A stretch of 64,000 nucleotides of DNA. Origin: Yuukianura sp. NJ FZ-2021 (Eukaryota). Numbering within the stretch: the first letter of the stretch is position 1; each line of letters opens with the position of its first letter. The position numbers were made by a program, and so were the translations under genes. Location: positions 12,772,001 to 12,836,000 of the forward strand of contig CM102285.1 of assembly GCA_046563655.1 (NCBI GenBank). The letters are read 5' to 3'. Positions 1 to 12,522 of the stretch are shown here, one piece after another. The notes under the pieces were generated by a model that saw only the letters and a program-made list of their open reading frames with translations, did not search any database and was not told where the DNA came from.

Positions 1-609
1 GCAACTAATTCTTAAGAACCTCAACACTTTTACCCACCATGGTGACTTCGTGTCATGCTGCTTGTGACCTGGATGGCCACAGTAGTTTGGAACTTTAAGA
101 AATCGTTTATCCGTTTTCTCAACATTGTGATTCTGAACATCATCCGCCAGTTGATCAAATTCTGAGGTCAAGTTCTTCACAATGTTGGCCGTGACGCGGC
201 GAGATCCTCTTCTTCGTTGTGGAAAATACTCCAGTGACTCATCCTATTCAAAACAACCAATAAATTAATTAATCACTGATTACTAATTATATTGATTTTT
301 TTCAGATTCTGCAGCCTTTGCACTTACAGAAAGTCCATACACAGTTTGCTCATATTTAGGTGACGGTGGAACTGCCAGTGGCGTATCGAATCCGTTTAAT
401 TTTGGAAGCGTCTCCATTGATCCAAAAACATCTTCATAATCCACATGAATCACTCGTCTTTTCCTGGTACTCGGACGATTAATGCTGGAATGCTGGGCAG
501 CATTTTCTACTGGCGATAGATTACTATCCACATCCTGTTCTTTCCAATTAAAAATATTTCCAACATGGAGCACTTGGCGTCTGTAAGTATTCGAAATTTC
601 AGAAGCCAT
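1..609 (-). CDS. Hypothetical protein, at least 2 exons, runs off the left edge of the window
   Basis: ATG at 609 opens a 108-aa ORF; AG acceptor at 245-244 is followed by an open frame DESLEYFPQRRRGSRR...WWVKVLRFLRISC down to position 1. Exact donor (near 340) uncertain; no recognisable domain. Confidence 0.45.
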
Positions 610-2398
610 TTTTTAATTTTAAAAACACAAATCTCTTAATCCAAAAACCAATTTGAAATTCAATTCTAGATTTTCTACTGTTTTGGCACAAACTAATCCA
701 AAAGATGCAACTTTTGTGAAAGAGAAGCACAAACCAAGGAAGACAGGAAACTTTTTTGGTAAATACTAAAGTTTCCTTGTGACCACGAGAATTAATTATG
801 GTCTTTCTAATTATTTTTTGTCCTGTTTCCAGCAGATTACCTCAAAAACTGACACAAAAAGATGATTACTCATAGCCTTGAAGCTAACCGATGTTGAGGA
901 AGTTCCTATCTTACATGAACATGACATACATCTAAGCATCACTGACCTTGTGATGAAAATGAACTTTGCATCACACAAGCCTGCCTTGTCTGATGCTTTG
1001 TCCTTTGGTTTATGCAACTTTCTTGGACTTTGTTTGCTCAATTTCAGGTTTTTCCTTTCGAAATTACAAAATTTAAAGGCATCAGAGCGTAAAAGCATAA
1101 AATTAACATGGAAATGGTAAAACACAGGCCTAATTGTGGGAAATTGCTCCAGGGCAAGCAAAAGTTGCAGTTTCCAAAAAGGAGCAAAAAAGATGAGAAA
1201 GTGTTTTTCTAACTTTTTTTTTTCAGTAAAACAGCTTTGCAGAAAAACTTTTAAAAAAACACAATTTGGATCAAAATACAACTTTTAGATAAAAAATGAT
1301 GAAAAATTTGTAGTGTTCAACATGAAAAGTAGGAATTTTTCAGTTTGTTTTCGACTTTTGAAATGAAATTTTGAAATTACGCATTTCGCTTCAAGTTTTT
1401 GTTAAGTTTGGTCCTTCTTCCTGCTGCGTCCTGCCTAATTTTTGTTTGAAAACTTTCTTCTGTTTTTGACAAAGGAGAAAGTTAGGTTTATGGAAGAAAG
1501 TGTATAGAGACGTCCCAATCCCATTGTCTTCTTAGGGTGACAATGACAACGCTGGAGCGGATGCTATTTATAAAATTCTTTGAAGATTGTGCGACCTTTT
1601 TTTGAAAAATGAAGAATGTGAACTTTCTCCGCTTTTTCTATTTTGTTGAGCACAAAAGGTTCAATTTCCGCTTTGTCTTACCACAGCAGAACGTGTGGAC
1701 TTGATTAGAAAGGAAGTGGGACAGTGGAGGAAGCGAGAGCTAAGCACCACGGCCTTCCTACAAATCTGAAGGACGACAATTATACTGAAAAGGGGCCCGG
1801 CCCTGATCATGTCACATTTAATCACCAAGGGACCGCTTTTGACCCTTAAATCCCTTCACAAACAAAAATTTCGTTAAAAATTTTGTCTTTCGGAAAAATT
1901 CTTCCGACAAAGTTCGGAAGAGTCTCTGGAGAAAGGTCACTTCCAGCTAACGGTCAGTCAAAATCCGAATTTCTAAAATTCGAATTGGCCCGGGGGTTCT
2001 TTCACACTTGGTGTGACACTCATTTCATTAAAGTAGGGTGAAAGTGCTGGATACTTGGTGTTCTAATTCCATTGTTCTTAGTTTAAGGTTCTAACTGGAA
2101 CAGTGGAAGTGTGAAAAGTGGGTTAAGGGGCATCTGGACTCACGAGGCGCATCACTTCCAGGCCCTTCAATTACTTCTCTTGACTGCTGATGCCCTTGCG
2201 ACGATATCCCTCTGGAGCAAACACAATCCACAATTCAGCGGCCTCTTCTAAAACTTAGCAGAAGACGCTGCTGGATGGACGACAAACATCTTGGAAGATG
2301 AAAGTCAAGTGGGAGAAAGTGAAAACACTTAAGGGAAAAGCAGAAAAGGCTCATCAGTTCCCAAACTGTGTTTTAAGTGTAGAGTAACGTTCGCTGAA

Positions 2399-2450
2399 GC
2401 GCAAGTCAGCAGCGCAGGTCAGCAACGCAGGTCAGCAGAGCAGGTTAGCA
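2399..2450. repeat. Minisatellite, 4 x 13 bp
   Basis: gcgcaagtcagca / gcgcaggtcagca / acgcaggtcagca / gagcaggttagca read directly. Confidence 0.8.
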
Positions 2451-5400
2451 GCTCTGACAAACAAGATTTGACTTCTTCTGGTCAACTGTCAACACCTAAA
2501 GCTTAACGTGATTGGATCAGTCTTGAGGTGTTAAGACGATTTATCACAGAAGACACACCCTAACTCTAATCCAGTAGTGCATCAGATCACGTCGTCCTTG
2601 ACCTTCAACTGACTTTTTTGTTCAATTTGTTTTCAAAAAAAAGCTTGGCCAGTCTCAATTTGGAGACTTCTCCCTCCAGAACGATTTGGGCAGAGAAAGT
2701 TATGAGGAAGGGGGGTTATGCGACAGTGAATTATGGTCTCTCCATCTGACGCTTCCAGAGCAATGAGATCTCTCTCGTAGCTCACTTCCAGCGATTCCAG
2801 AGATCCATCGTTTCAGTTCCAGCGATGCTGGAAGTGCTGGGACTCAAAGTTCCTGATGCTTCCCATCTGTCTCCACGAGAGTCACTAATCCAAAACAATG
2901 AATTGAATCCACTTAATACTTCCAAGGACATAAATCATCCAAAAGTGTCCAGCACTCTGCCGGCAACAAACAACTGAAAATGAAAACAGGGATGACCAAC
3001 TTGTCATTTCTATTGTTTTAAAATCCAATTTGTTCAAAGTAATTATCCACAGTAGAGACCTGTTGCCCTACGGCAATTTTTCTTGTAACAAAGCCCTTGG
3101 GATCCAAAATTTCAAAATTTATTAAATTCATAAATTTTGACAGAGTTTGCACTGGGGAAACTTCTTTTCAAAAATTTTGGAGTATTTCTAGTACAGTGAA
3201 ACGTGTAAAATTTTGAAAATGGAAACAGGAGAAAGTGGGACAGGAATTGTCAGAAGTGATTCTGTGTTTGACTGAAGATGTGGACAAAGACCCCTTAAGG
3301 GAACCTTTTAAAGAAATGAAGGGTGAAGGTTTTGATTTCAAAATATCGAGAGAAAGTGCGCGCGAAGATTCAAGCATTTCTTCTATTCTTCCATAACAAT
3401 TGAACAATGACTTTCTCTTCAAAATTCTATTTCTTGAGACATTTTATTCACTTACTGTCTTCATTCATTTCTTCTCTAACTTTCTCTTCTGTCTGCCGAT
3501 TTTCTTCAAAATTTGGTTTTCATCATTTACAAATTTCTATAATTCTGCCAATTTCAAAAAGTTTTAAATTTTTGTGGCTTTCACTTTCCGTTTGTATACA
3601 TTTGTAAATCCCTGGAAACCTTATGAGCTTCTTAACTAAAACTTAATGAAATTCGAATTTTCAATGCTCATACTACTGTTATTGAAGTTCTGGAAGTTAA
3701 CGAAGAAAAGGCGAGAGGAAGAAAATTCCATAGTATTGATATACTGCAAGTATTTCGAAAGAGTCCCGGGTACTTTTGATTCTACGTTGGAACCAGAAAG
3801 CACTCGGGCAATTTCTATTTACTTTTTTGAAATGATGAGGCAGAACAAATAGGGCACGAAGATAAACTTCCTAAACCAAGAGCATCTTTAGTATGATGGG
3901 TTTTTGGGATAAAAGGGGATAAGGAATCTGTTGGAAGTAAATAAGAAACAGTCTTCCCCTAGTACCTCGCTACTACTCTCGGTTCTCAACTTATTTGACT
4001 ATGATTTCCCCCGAATTTCACAAAATGCCTTGCCATGCGGGTATTTCCTAAACAAATTGAAGATTACCTGCATAATTTTGAAAAGAGTTCTAATGGTCTT
4101 GGTGGTTTTATTACAAAACAGTAAACAATGGGTGCGGTTCCTTTCTTCCTGGTTAGCTTTCACTTTGTTCATACAGCACTGGATTATTCGACATAAAAGG
4201 GATTTTATGAGGGATCTAATGGCCTAGCTCCAACTTCAACTCTCCTCAAGATTTATGACAAAAGAGAAAGCACAATTTTTTTTTTGAAAATTGAAAACTA
4301 CTTTTTCTGTTCAAATATTTTCGAAACATGAGGCTTCTGGTACACATTCACTTTAAAAACTCTCCACTTTGGACGCCTGGTGAAAGTGAAATGTAAACTT
4401 GCGTATTTTGCTAAAAATTTTAGTTGTTGCGTTTTCTCTTACTTTCTCTCATTTTTTAAACAACTTACTTTCTAGTGCGTTTTTCTTCCTAAAGTCATTG
4501 TTGTTCAAATGGAGTGAGGTTCAGTTTGAAAAAAAAGTGAGTAAAGGACTCTCTGCTGCTACTGCGGTCCTGAGTGCATTGAAGTCTCGCGGGACTTGGC
4601 TCTGCGGAAAAAGCCTTCACTTTCTCCCGCAGCAAAGAAGATGCTTTTTTCTCTGATGCTGCTATTCTAAGCCTCCTTTAGCCCTAGTGTTTCTAACACT
4701 ATGTAGCTTTTTTTCAGTGCAGCTTGAGTTTATTACAAAATTTTTAGAACTGAAACAGTCGTAAAACAGGAACCAGGAGTGAAAAAAAAAGTTAGTTCTT
4801 TTTTAAATTCAATTCATACACGTCTCGCTCCCCATTTGTTTATATGCCCCACAAACCTGGATTCCAATGAAGCACACAGCTCTTTTCACTTCCCACGCTT
4901 TGTTTACTTTTCACATGTGTGACAAAACGATATGAAAATTTGAAAATTTCGGAATTGAAATTTCGAGTTTTGTTTGTCCTGATGCTGAAAACGTTCTGGA
5001 ACAGACAGGAGATGACAGTATAAGTAAAGAATAATTAAGCGTTGATTAAAACCTACAGTGTTTTACTAGTTTATTAAAATGTGAATTTGTGATTATGCCT
5101 GGAGCATCTGGGATTCTGTTTGCTGAAGCTCAATTCCTCATTTTCAAAATAATTTGAAGTCTGCCCTGTTAGTTTCTGACTCTGAAACTAAAAACATAAC
5201 TTAAAATGTAAAATCTAACATACTAAAAACCTAACATAAGCCCCAAAATGTAAAACCTAACTTAATTCCCCCAAGATCTTAAAACTTAGGCAAGGTTTAC
5301 ACTAAATACTGAAATGTTTCAAACCGAAACAAAGTGTTTGAGAGGTTGCTTCTTTGTCAGTAAACCGCAGAAATTCGGTTTTATTTCTGAGGCAGAGCGA

Positions 5401-6499
5401 ACGGAAGCGGATCTCTTCTGAACCGAGCAGCACAGGATTGTTTCTAGTTCATTAATTCCCATGTTCCTCTCAATTTCTAAATCTTCCTCATTTTCTTCGT
5501 TCAACATCTCCTTCAAAAACCTTTCACTCCCAACTGCTTTAGTTTCTGCTGACTCTACTGTAACTTTATTTTGAAAGGATTTAGCATGGATTTGATACTT
5601 ATTTACATTGGAACATTCAAAATGTCCTTTATGGACCAGAAGGAGGCTGAAATCTTGTGAATCTTGAATGGTTTCCTCATCTTCCTGCCAAGATGAGAAG
5701 ATGAAGGGCGATACAAATTAATTTTAGAAAAGAAACCACCCAGCATTGGTCTCTCTGCGTTTACTTTCCCACAACCTCCAAACATTCTCAGATCTTCTCG
5801 CCATCTTCGTTTCTTCAATCGTCACTTTTCAAAAGTAGTTCAAAAAACTCAAAAGAAAGAAAAAGTCATGTAACATAAAAACAGATTTCGTTTCATCTTG
5901 AAACACCCGCGCTTTTCGTTAGTTTTCAGCAAGAAGGCGTGGGTTGAAGATTTGCCAAAAATTTGGAACACGAACAGTGCAAATTTTTAGGTTTATTTTT
6001 AAAACGTGATTGACGGCTGAAGGCTGCCCAGGTAAACAGAGAAGCTCAAGGTCAAACTGAGCCTGAATTTTTTCGGGATTGTCGATTTGCGAAAAAAAAA
6101 TTGCAAAAGCGTGTTGGTTGTTCTTTTGCAAAAAAGCGGAAATGGTTAGACACGGAACGAACTGCGGTGCCAGAAAGTGCGGAGTGGGCGGCTACACTAG
6201 TAAATTGGTCGAACGGATTATGAAGCCCCGTTTGGCGCTTCACAGTAGTGTTGTTCTTGTTCTGAATTGAAGATTTAGAACAGTTTGAACAAGACAGAAA
6301 AAATTGGACAACTGCCCGCCTGTGTTCTGAAATATTTTTAGGCCAAAGGTTTCTTCAAGGCACTTTTGATTATCTTCTCAGTCTTTAGTCTCTGTTGTTC
6401 TTGGCCACAGTGATTTGTTCAAAACGCTTCTGGATTAGTTGTAGTTTCTTGTTCTTTTAAATTGAAAGAGTATCGATTTGAAAATTTTAAATTTTCAAA

Positions 6500-9400
6500 A
6501 TGCCAGTGGTGAGAGACTACCTGCAGAATCAGCGGGATCATTCAAAAATGAAACCGTTGAGTATCAACACTTTGTCACCTTCAACTTACGCGTCTTCACC
6601 AGGATCTACTTTATCTTCAGTCAGAGATCCACCGATTTCACCGATAATTGCACGCAAAAAATTTATTGCATCTCAGACTCCATTTGCAGCGGAAGGAGAA
6701 GATGAAGTCAAATTGGGAATCAATGATTCGGCAGAAGAACACAAATTTACTAGCTACCATTTGGATTACAAGTACACGCCTCCCATTCATAAGGTAATGA
6801 AAAAACTTTCTCTTCTGCTTTCACTTTCTCAAAAAAAAATCGAAACGTTTTCTTTTCAATTTTTGAAACTTCATTTTGTAGGGCCCTTGCTGTGTCTGCA
6901 AGAATTTCATCATTGGATCTGTAATGTTCTTTTAAATTTTAACTTTTTTGTTTACCAATTGAGGAGAAAGTTTTCACTTTTAAAACATGTTCTATTTTCA
7001 AATAGATGGTTACTGCTTGTGAAAAAATGTACTGTCCTGGTAAAGCAAATTCAATACTAACTTAAGACTTTCTCAGAAATATAAGTTTTCAATTTGAAAA
7101 ACTATTTTTTTTTTCAAAAAAAATTTTTAACGAAACAGGATGCTTTCTCTGTACAAATTGTGGAGTTGAGTTGAGACCTGCTTACTACAAAGCTCATGAC
7201 GAAAGTCCGTACTGTCGGAAGTAAATGTCTCAAAATTTCAAACAAAATTTCAAAAAATGGAAATTTTTATAATCTCAAAATTTTGGTTTTTAAAGCTGTC
7301 ACAGTGAACTGTTTCTTCCACCTTGCCGTCAGTGTGGAGACTATCTAGGAGAGGTTAGTTGGCAATTTGTCAATTCCAGTCCAAGGCTGACACGGAGTTA
7401 CAAATGTTTTAATTTGTAACTTTCTAATTACTTTGCAATTAGTAATTACAAAGTAATTACAAATTTTTCCAGCATTACCTCAAAGTTGGAGACAATTACT
7501 ACCATAAACCCTGTTTTACTTGTTGTAAATGCAAACGTGCCTTGGATCCTAATCGCTACTTTGAACGAAATGGAAAGCTTTACTGCGAAGACGACTACAA
7601 CAACCTGTTCAAACCAAAATGCACAAAATGCTTCAAGCCCATCATCGAAGTCAGTAAAATTTTTACCAACTTTCACCTCCTCAAGCTACACTTTTCAAAA
7701 GATGCCATGTCTTTGTGGGTTGAGGGACTCGTGTAGTCAAATTGAAATGTTGATTTTTTTTTTCAAAATTTCGGAATTTCATTAGGAACCGGTCAACGGC
7801 GGAGGAAAGCTGTATCATCGACACTGTCTGTCCTGCTACGAGTGCAAAAAGAGCCTCAATCCGAATAACTTCCTGGAGAGGAATGGGAACATGTACTGCC
7901 CAGAGTGTTACCATGATCTTTACTCTCCCAAGTGTGTGGCCTGTAAGAAGCCAGTGACAACAGGGGTATAAATCACTTTCACTTTCAAATAATAACAAGG
8001 TTAGGCTATGTTAGAGTATACTAGTCCTTTAGTAGTGGTAATTCATAAATTGGGACACAGGACCCCTTGGTGGCAGGCGGAAAGCCCTTCCACAAACCCT
8101 GCTTCGTCTGTCACGAGTGTGGCAAAGGCCTTTCTCCAAACAATTTCAAAGAGAAAGGGAGCCGGATCTTCTGCCCTGATTGTTACCACAATCTCTACTC
8201 AACCAAATGCACAGGATGTAAAAAACCCATCATCACTCCGGGGGTAAACTACATTTTTAAACATTCGTTTACGACAAAATTTTCTTTTGAAATTTTGAAA
8301 TTCTTTGACTACATTTGTAGGACTCTGTCACTGGAGCGGGAAAGCCGTATCATCGTCGCTGTTTTTCGTGTTCCGATTGTGTACGACCTCTTGACCCCAA
8401 CAATTTTTTGGAAAAGAACAACAAACTTTTTTGTCCCGATTGCTACCATCGCCTCTTCTCACCCAAATGTGTCTCCTGCAAGGATCCAATAACCACTGGG
8501 GTATAAATCTTTTTCGAAAAATCTGAAATTTAAAAAAAAATGTTGCGAAAAATTCCTAGGAGAAAGTAATAGGAAGAATTACAAGCTAAAGAAATTTGAC
8601 ATGTTCAAAACATAATCAATCATCTCCAGAGAGCACCCATTGTAGCACCCTCATACTATGTGTTATGATGAATAATGGATTTTAATCCTTTGTTCTGATT
8701 GGTCGGTTTCACAGGATCCAGTTCAGGTCATGGGAAAACAATTTCACAAAGGCTGTTTCAACTGTACCGAATGTCAACGAACTCTCAATCCAAACAACTT
8801 TTTAGAAAAAAGCGGCAAGCCTTATTGCCCCGACTGCTTTCACCACCTCTTTTCTCCAAAGTGTTTTGGATGTAAACAACCAATCGTTGGAGTAAGTTTC
8901 AAATTTGGAAAAATTTCACTTTTTTGAAATTTTGAAATTTTATGGAATTTGTAGGAATCAGTGAAAGCTCTGGGACAAACTTGGCATCCAGATCATTTCT
9001 CTTGTTCAAACTGTTCGAAACGCTTGTCTCCGCAGGAGTTTAAAGAACGCTCCGGAAAGCTCTTCTGTCCTGATTGCTTTCATAATCTTTTCTCGGAGCG
9101 CTGTGAAACTTGTCATCTGGCTATTCGTGACGTAAGATAAATCGTCATCATCACCCTAATTCCTTAATTAAAAATCATAATCTCCCGGGTCTTTTCAAAA
9201 TCTAAAAATCTATTGAATTTAAACACGTTTTGTGTCTCTTTTAGAAAGCAATTTATGCAATGGGAAAGTACTATCATCCGGATCACTTCCACTGTGCGAA
9301 CTGTCGACGAACACTACAGGAATCTGCGTTCTACGAACATGACAGGAGCAGCTACTGTGAAAAGTGCTACTTGAACTTGTTTGCACCAAAGTGCAGAGGC

Positions 9401-10558
9401 TGTTCGCAACCTATCACGAATCAAGTCTATCTGTTTGCTCTCGGGTCGGATTGGCACGAAACTTGTTTTCGGTGCATGGTAAGAATTTTGAAAAATTGGA
9501 CGAAAACTTGAAAGAGAAAAAAAAAGAACTTGAAAAAATTGAACAAAAACTTGAGAAAAAAGAAACTTATTTTGGAGAAAGTTCGAGGCGCATGACGTAC
9601 GGCAGAACGGGCCGGTTTGTAAAAATCTTGAGGTCATTGACCTTGAGGTCAAAGGGTGAATTTGTTCTGAAATTTGGATGTTGACTGACCTTGTTTTGAC
9701 CTCTAGGAGTGCAAATGTCAATTGGACGAAGTGACATTTTATGAATTCGAAGGAGAGCCATACTGTGAGGAGCAGTACGTGCCAATTTATTAGATCTTTT
9801 TTCAACTTCTTAGATTTATGGTTTCTTCATTTCATTTTATTTTGTTCCTTCTATGTTTTATATGCTTTCTCTTTCCTGGTTCCGATAGCTACCACGCACG
9901 CATTTGTCCCGACTGTATTAAGATGCGACGGGCCGTTGAACGCTATTTGGGACAACCGGAAGGATCCTCTTCGAAGCCGGATTCTGTGGCAGCCCCACGA
10001 ACACTCAACCTACCACTTTCACGATCTGGCTCACGCGTGTCTCTACATGAAAAGACCCACCACCAAACCCACCATCAGACCCACCAAACAACTGGACCCC
10101 AAGGACATACCGTCCCAATCCCAATCTTCAAAGAGCAATTGGACAAAACATACGTCAAACCAACTTTCGGACCGAAACCGGAGAAAGTTCGAGTTGAGTC
10201 TCCGCTCGAATCCAGAAAAATTCGAGTTGAGTCGCCGCTTGAAACGAGAAACACAAAAAGTGAAATTCGAAACGAAACAACAGTGAAACAATTAGTTCGG
10301 AGTCAAGAGAAAGAAAAGCAGTTGGACTCGGAATGGGATACTTTGTATTCTCCTTGGCCTGAACTCAATCTAAATTGGAAAAATTCTGGATTTGGTTCTT
10401 CCTCGATTCTGCAGCATCCTATAGGCAGCGGAGATCCGCAATACTACAGTAGAGATGAAGCACTTACGAAATCCAGTGGAGTTCATCCTTCAGATCCCAA
10501 TTTACAATTTGAGAGCACGTTCAAGAAGGAAATTTGCGAATCTATTACTAGATATTAA
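6500..10558 (+). CDS. Nine-LIM-domain protein, paxillin/leupaxin-like LIMs, 14 exons, about 850 aa
   Basis: Exons 6500-6793, 6882-6920, 7006-7039, 7139-7220, 7296-7353, 7473-7649, 7786-7965, 8061-8243, 8321-8500, 8715-8891, 8955-9131, 9245-9478, 9707-9774, 9889-10558; all GT-AG and phase-consistent (2553 nt). Repeated CxxC-HxxC/H-CxxC-CxxC/D/H pattern, e.g. WHPDHFSCSNC, YHPDHFHCANC, WHETCFRC. Confidence 0.92.
9631..9643. promoter_or_regulatory. Perfect IR-1 nuclear-receptor palindrome (EcR/USP-type consensus) in a LIM gene intron
   Basis: AGGTCAtTGACCT, followed by more half-sites. Motif match only; function untested. Confidence 0.35.
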
Positions 10559-12522
10559 AATTCTAACGAGAACAAATTCAATAAGTTCTCAAAGATCAGA
10601 AAAAAGTTTTCCTGTTCTAAAAAAAAGTACTTTCTAAAGAAAGTGTTTTCTCTCATCCGCTCTTTCTAAAACTTAATTGAAAAACCGAAAATTCAGTTCA
10701 ACTGTGTAGCATCTTCACTTCAAAAGAATTTTGAAACAAAGTTCACAAGTCTATTCAAAATTTACAATAACAAAGAAAAACTTAAAAAAAACTTACATTA
10801 CTTGAAAAAAAGAGAGAAAAATCATACATTTTGATCCGAGAAACAAAAATTGATTCAAAAATAAATACCTACTGGAAATTGGCAAACAAAAACCCGAAAA
10901 TTGTGCTTTCTCCTCTTAACTTTCTCCTTTCTTTCTGTTTTTTTTTCATACAAATTACAAAATTCAAATTTCCCCTTAGAGATTAATGTCTAATTTGGTT
11001 TTAATTGAAATTTCCTGCACGGGATCGTTGTGCTTAGTAAATTCTTTGTAATTTTGAAGGACGCTGTCCCTCTGGAGGATTAAACCGTGTGTGTATCCTC
11101 TGCCTTTCATATGGAAATTTGGTATTTCATACTTTTAGATTACCCAGGGGTTGCTATGTTTAATTAGAACCTAAATTAATCAGAAGGTTTCTACATAATG
11201 TCAAAGACTAACTGTCATCTTATGTATAGCATATGTAATACGTCTCAAAATTCATGGTGACATTTGACCCAGGCACTTCAAACATTCTTCATTACCCTGA
11301 TGACCGTCTGGTTTTGCTTTCACGAAGAAAAATTCACAGCCCGACGGCGTTCCGTTTTTGCTTAAAAGGTTATAAAGACGTAGGCTTCTACGTCCGTTGA
11401 CAAAAAAGGATTCCGTCTGCGTCTCTACATTAATATTTTCAAAATTTTGAAGTTTCAAAATTTTAAATTTTGGGAACTAAAAAAAAGTATTTTCAAAAAG
11501 TGAGAATTCGAAAAAACGGCTGCTAATTAAATGGATGCAGCCTGTTTTGATATGTTGTATAGTTTGGTAGTTTTTTGAAAATTGATTGTGGTTCATGTGT
11601 TGGTCCAGATATTTTTGGATAACCGCGATAACCTCTTCGCGAATTTTTGTTATCGAGGTTCTCTAGCTATCGCAAATCGCGTGAGAACATTATTTCCATC
11701 GTAAATCAACTTCCTAACGTACTTTGGCCTAACCTAAAAGCCAAAGCTAAGACCTAAGTGACATCCAAAGAACTTTCTCCTCTGTCTTCCAGGAAGGAAG
11801 ATGAGAAAGTTATGAGATCCAGCACAGGAGAAGTGGCTTCACTACGGTATGAAGATATTCTGAGAAATTCATATAAAATCCAAAACGTTCAGACATGATG
11901 AGGGAAAGGGTTCATGAGTACTAAGGAATCCTAAGGGCCCGTGCCTACGGAAACTGAATCCTAAATTTGGTTCAAGGCGACAGTAGAGGGCTGGCTGCTT
12001 GGAGCGATTAGGGTCCAGGACTCAAAAAAGATGATGATGTCGAAACCAAGTCATCAAGTGGGCTTTAATCCCATATACTCTCCAGTCAGATCAATTCAGC
12101 GATCCAAGACGATCTGGAAGATCTGCAGTAAGAAAATGCAGCGAGGGAGATTCGATCCGACAGGAACTGCTGGGACTTCAATAACATCCGTTCCGAACCT
12201 CATTCTTCATCCCACTCTGCTTGCCAGTAGGTTTTGCCCTTGTCTGTTCCCTGCATCTCAATTGACTTTCGGTTTATGGATATTCAGAAAATCCATGGAG
12301 AAAGTCCACTCACGTCAAAAACATTTCTCTTTTTCGAAAAAAAAATTCAGAAGATTTCGATTCTTTTTTATTTTGTGGGATATGCGATGTTCTTTGTTTA
12401 AATTGACGACAGCGGAGACAGAAGATAAAAGATTCGTTCGAATTTCGAAAGTTGGAAATCAAAATTTCAGTAAAAAATCAAACAAAAGTTAATCAATTTT
12501 TGGAAAATTTTGGAATTTCTTC

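Noticed and set aside
2783..2836. Hairpin cacttccagc...gctggaagtg as a possible pre-miRNA
   Set aside because: Only a 10-bp stem with a 34-nt loop; too short for a miRNA precursor.
5319..5818. Two minus-strand ORFs with splice-like signals, divergent from the LIM gene
   Set aside because: Could not join them in phase with GT-AG sites and no domain is recognisable; left uncalled.
9741..10286. 181-aa alternative-frame ORF overlapping the last LIM gene exon
   Set aside because: Begins across an intron and shadows a real exon; no independent support.
11621..11660. 12-bp inverted repeat aaccgcgataac / gttatcgaggtt
   Set aside because: May be a transposon-end remnant but too short to support a call.
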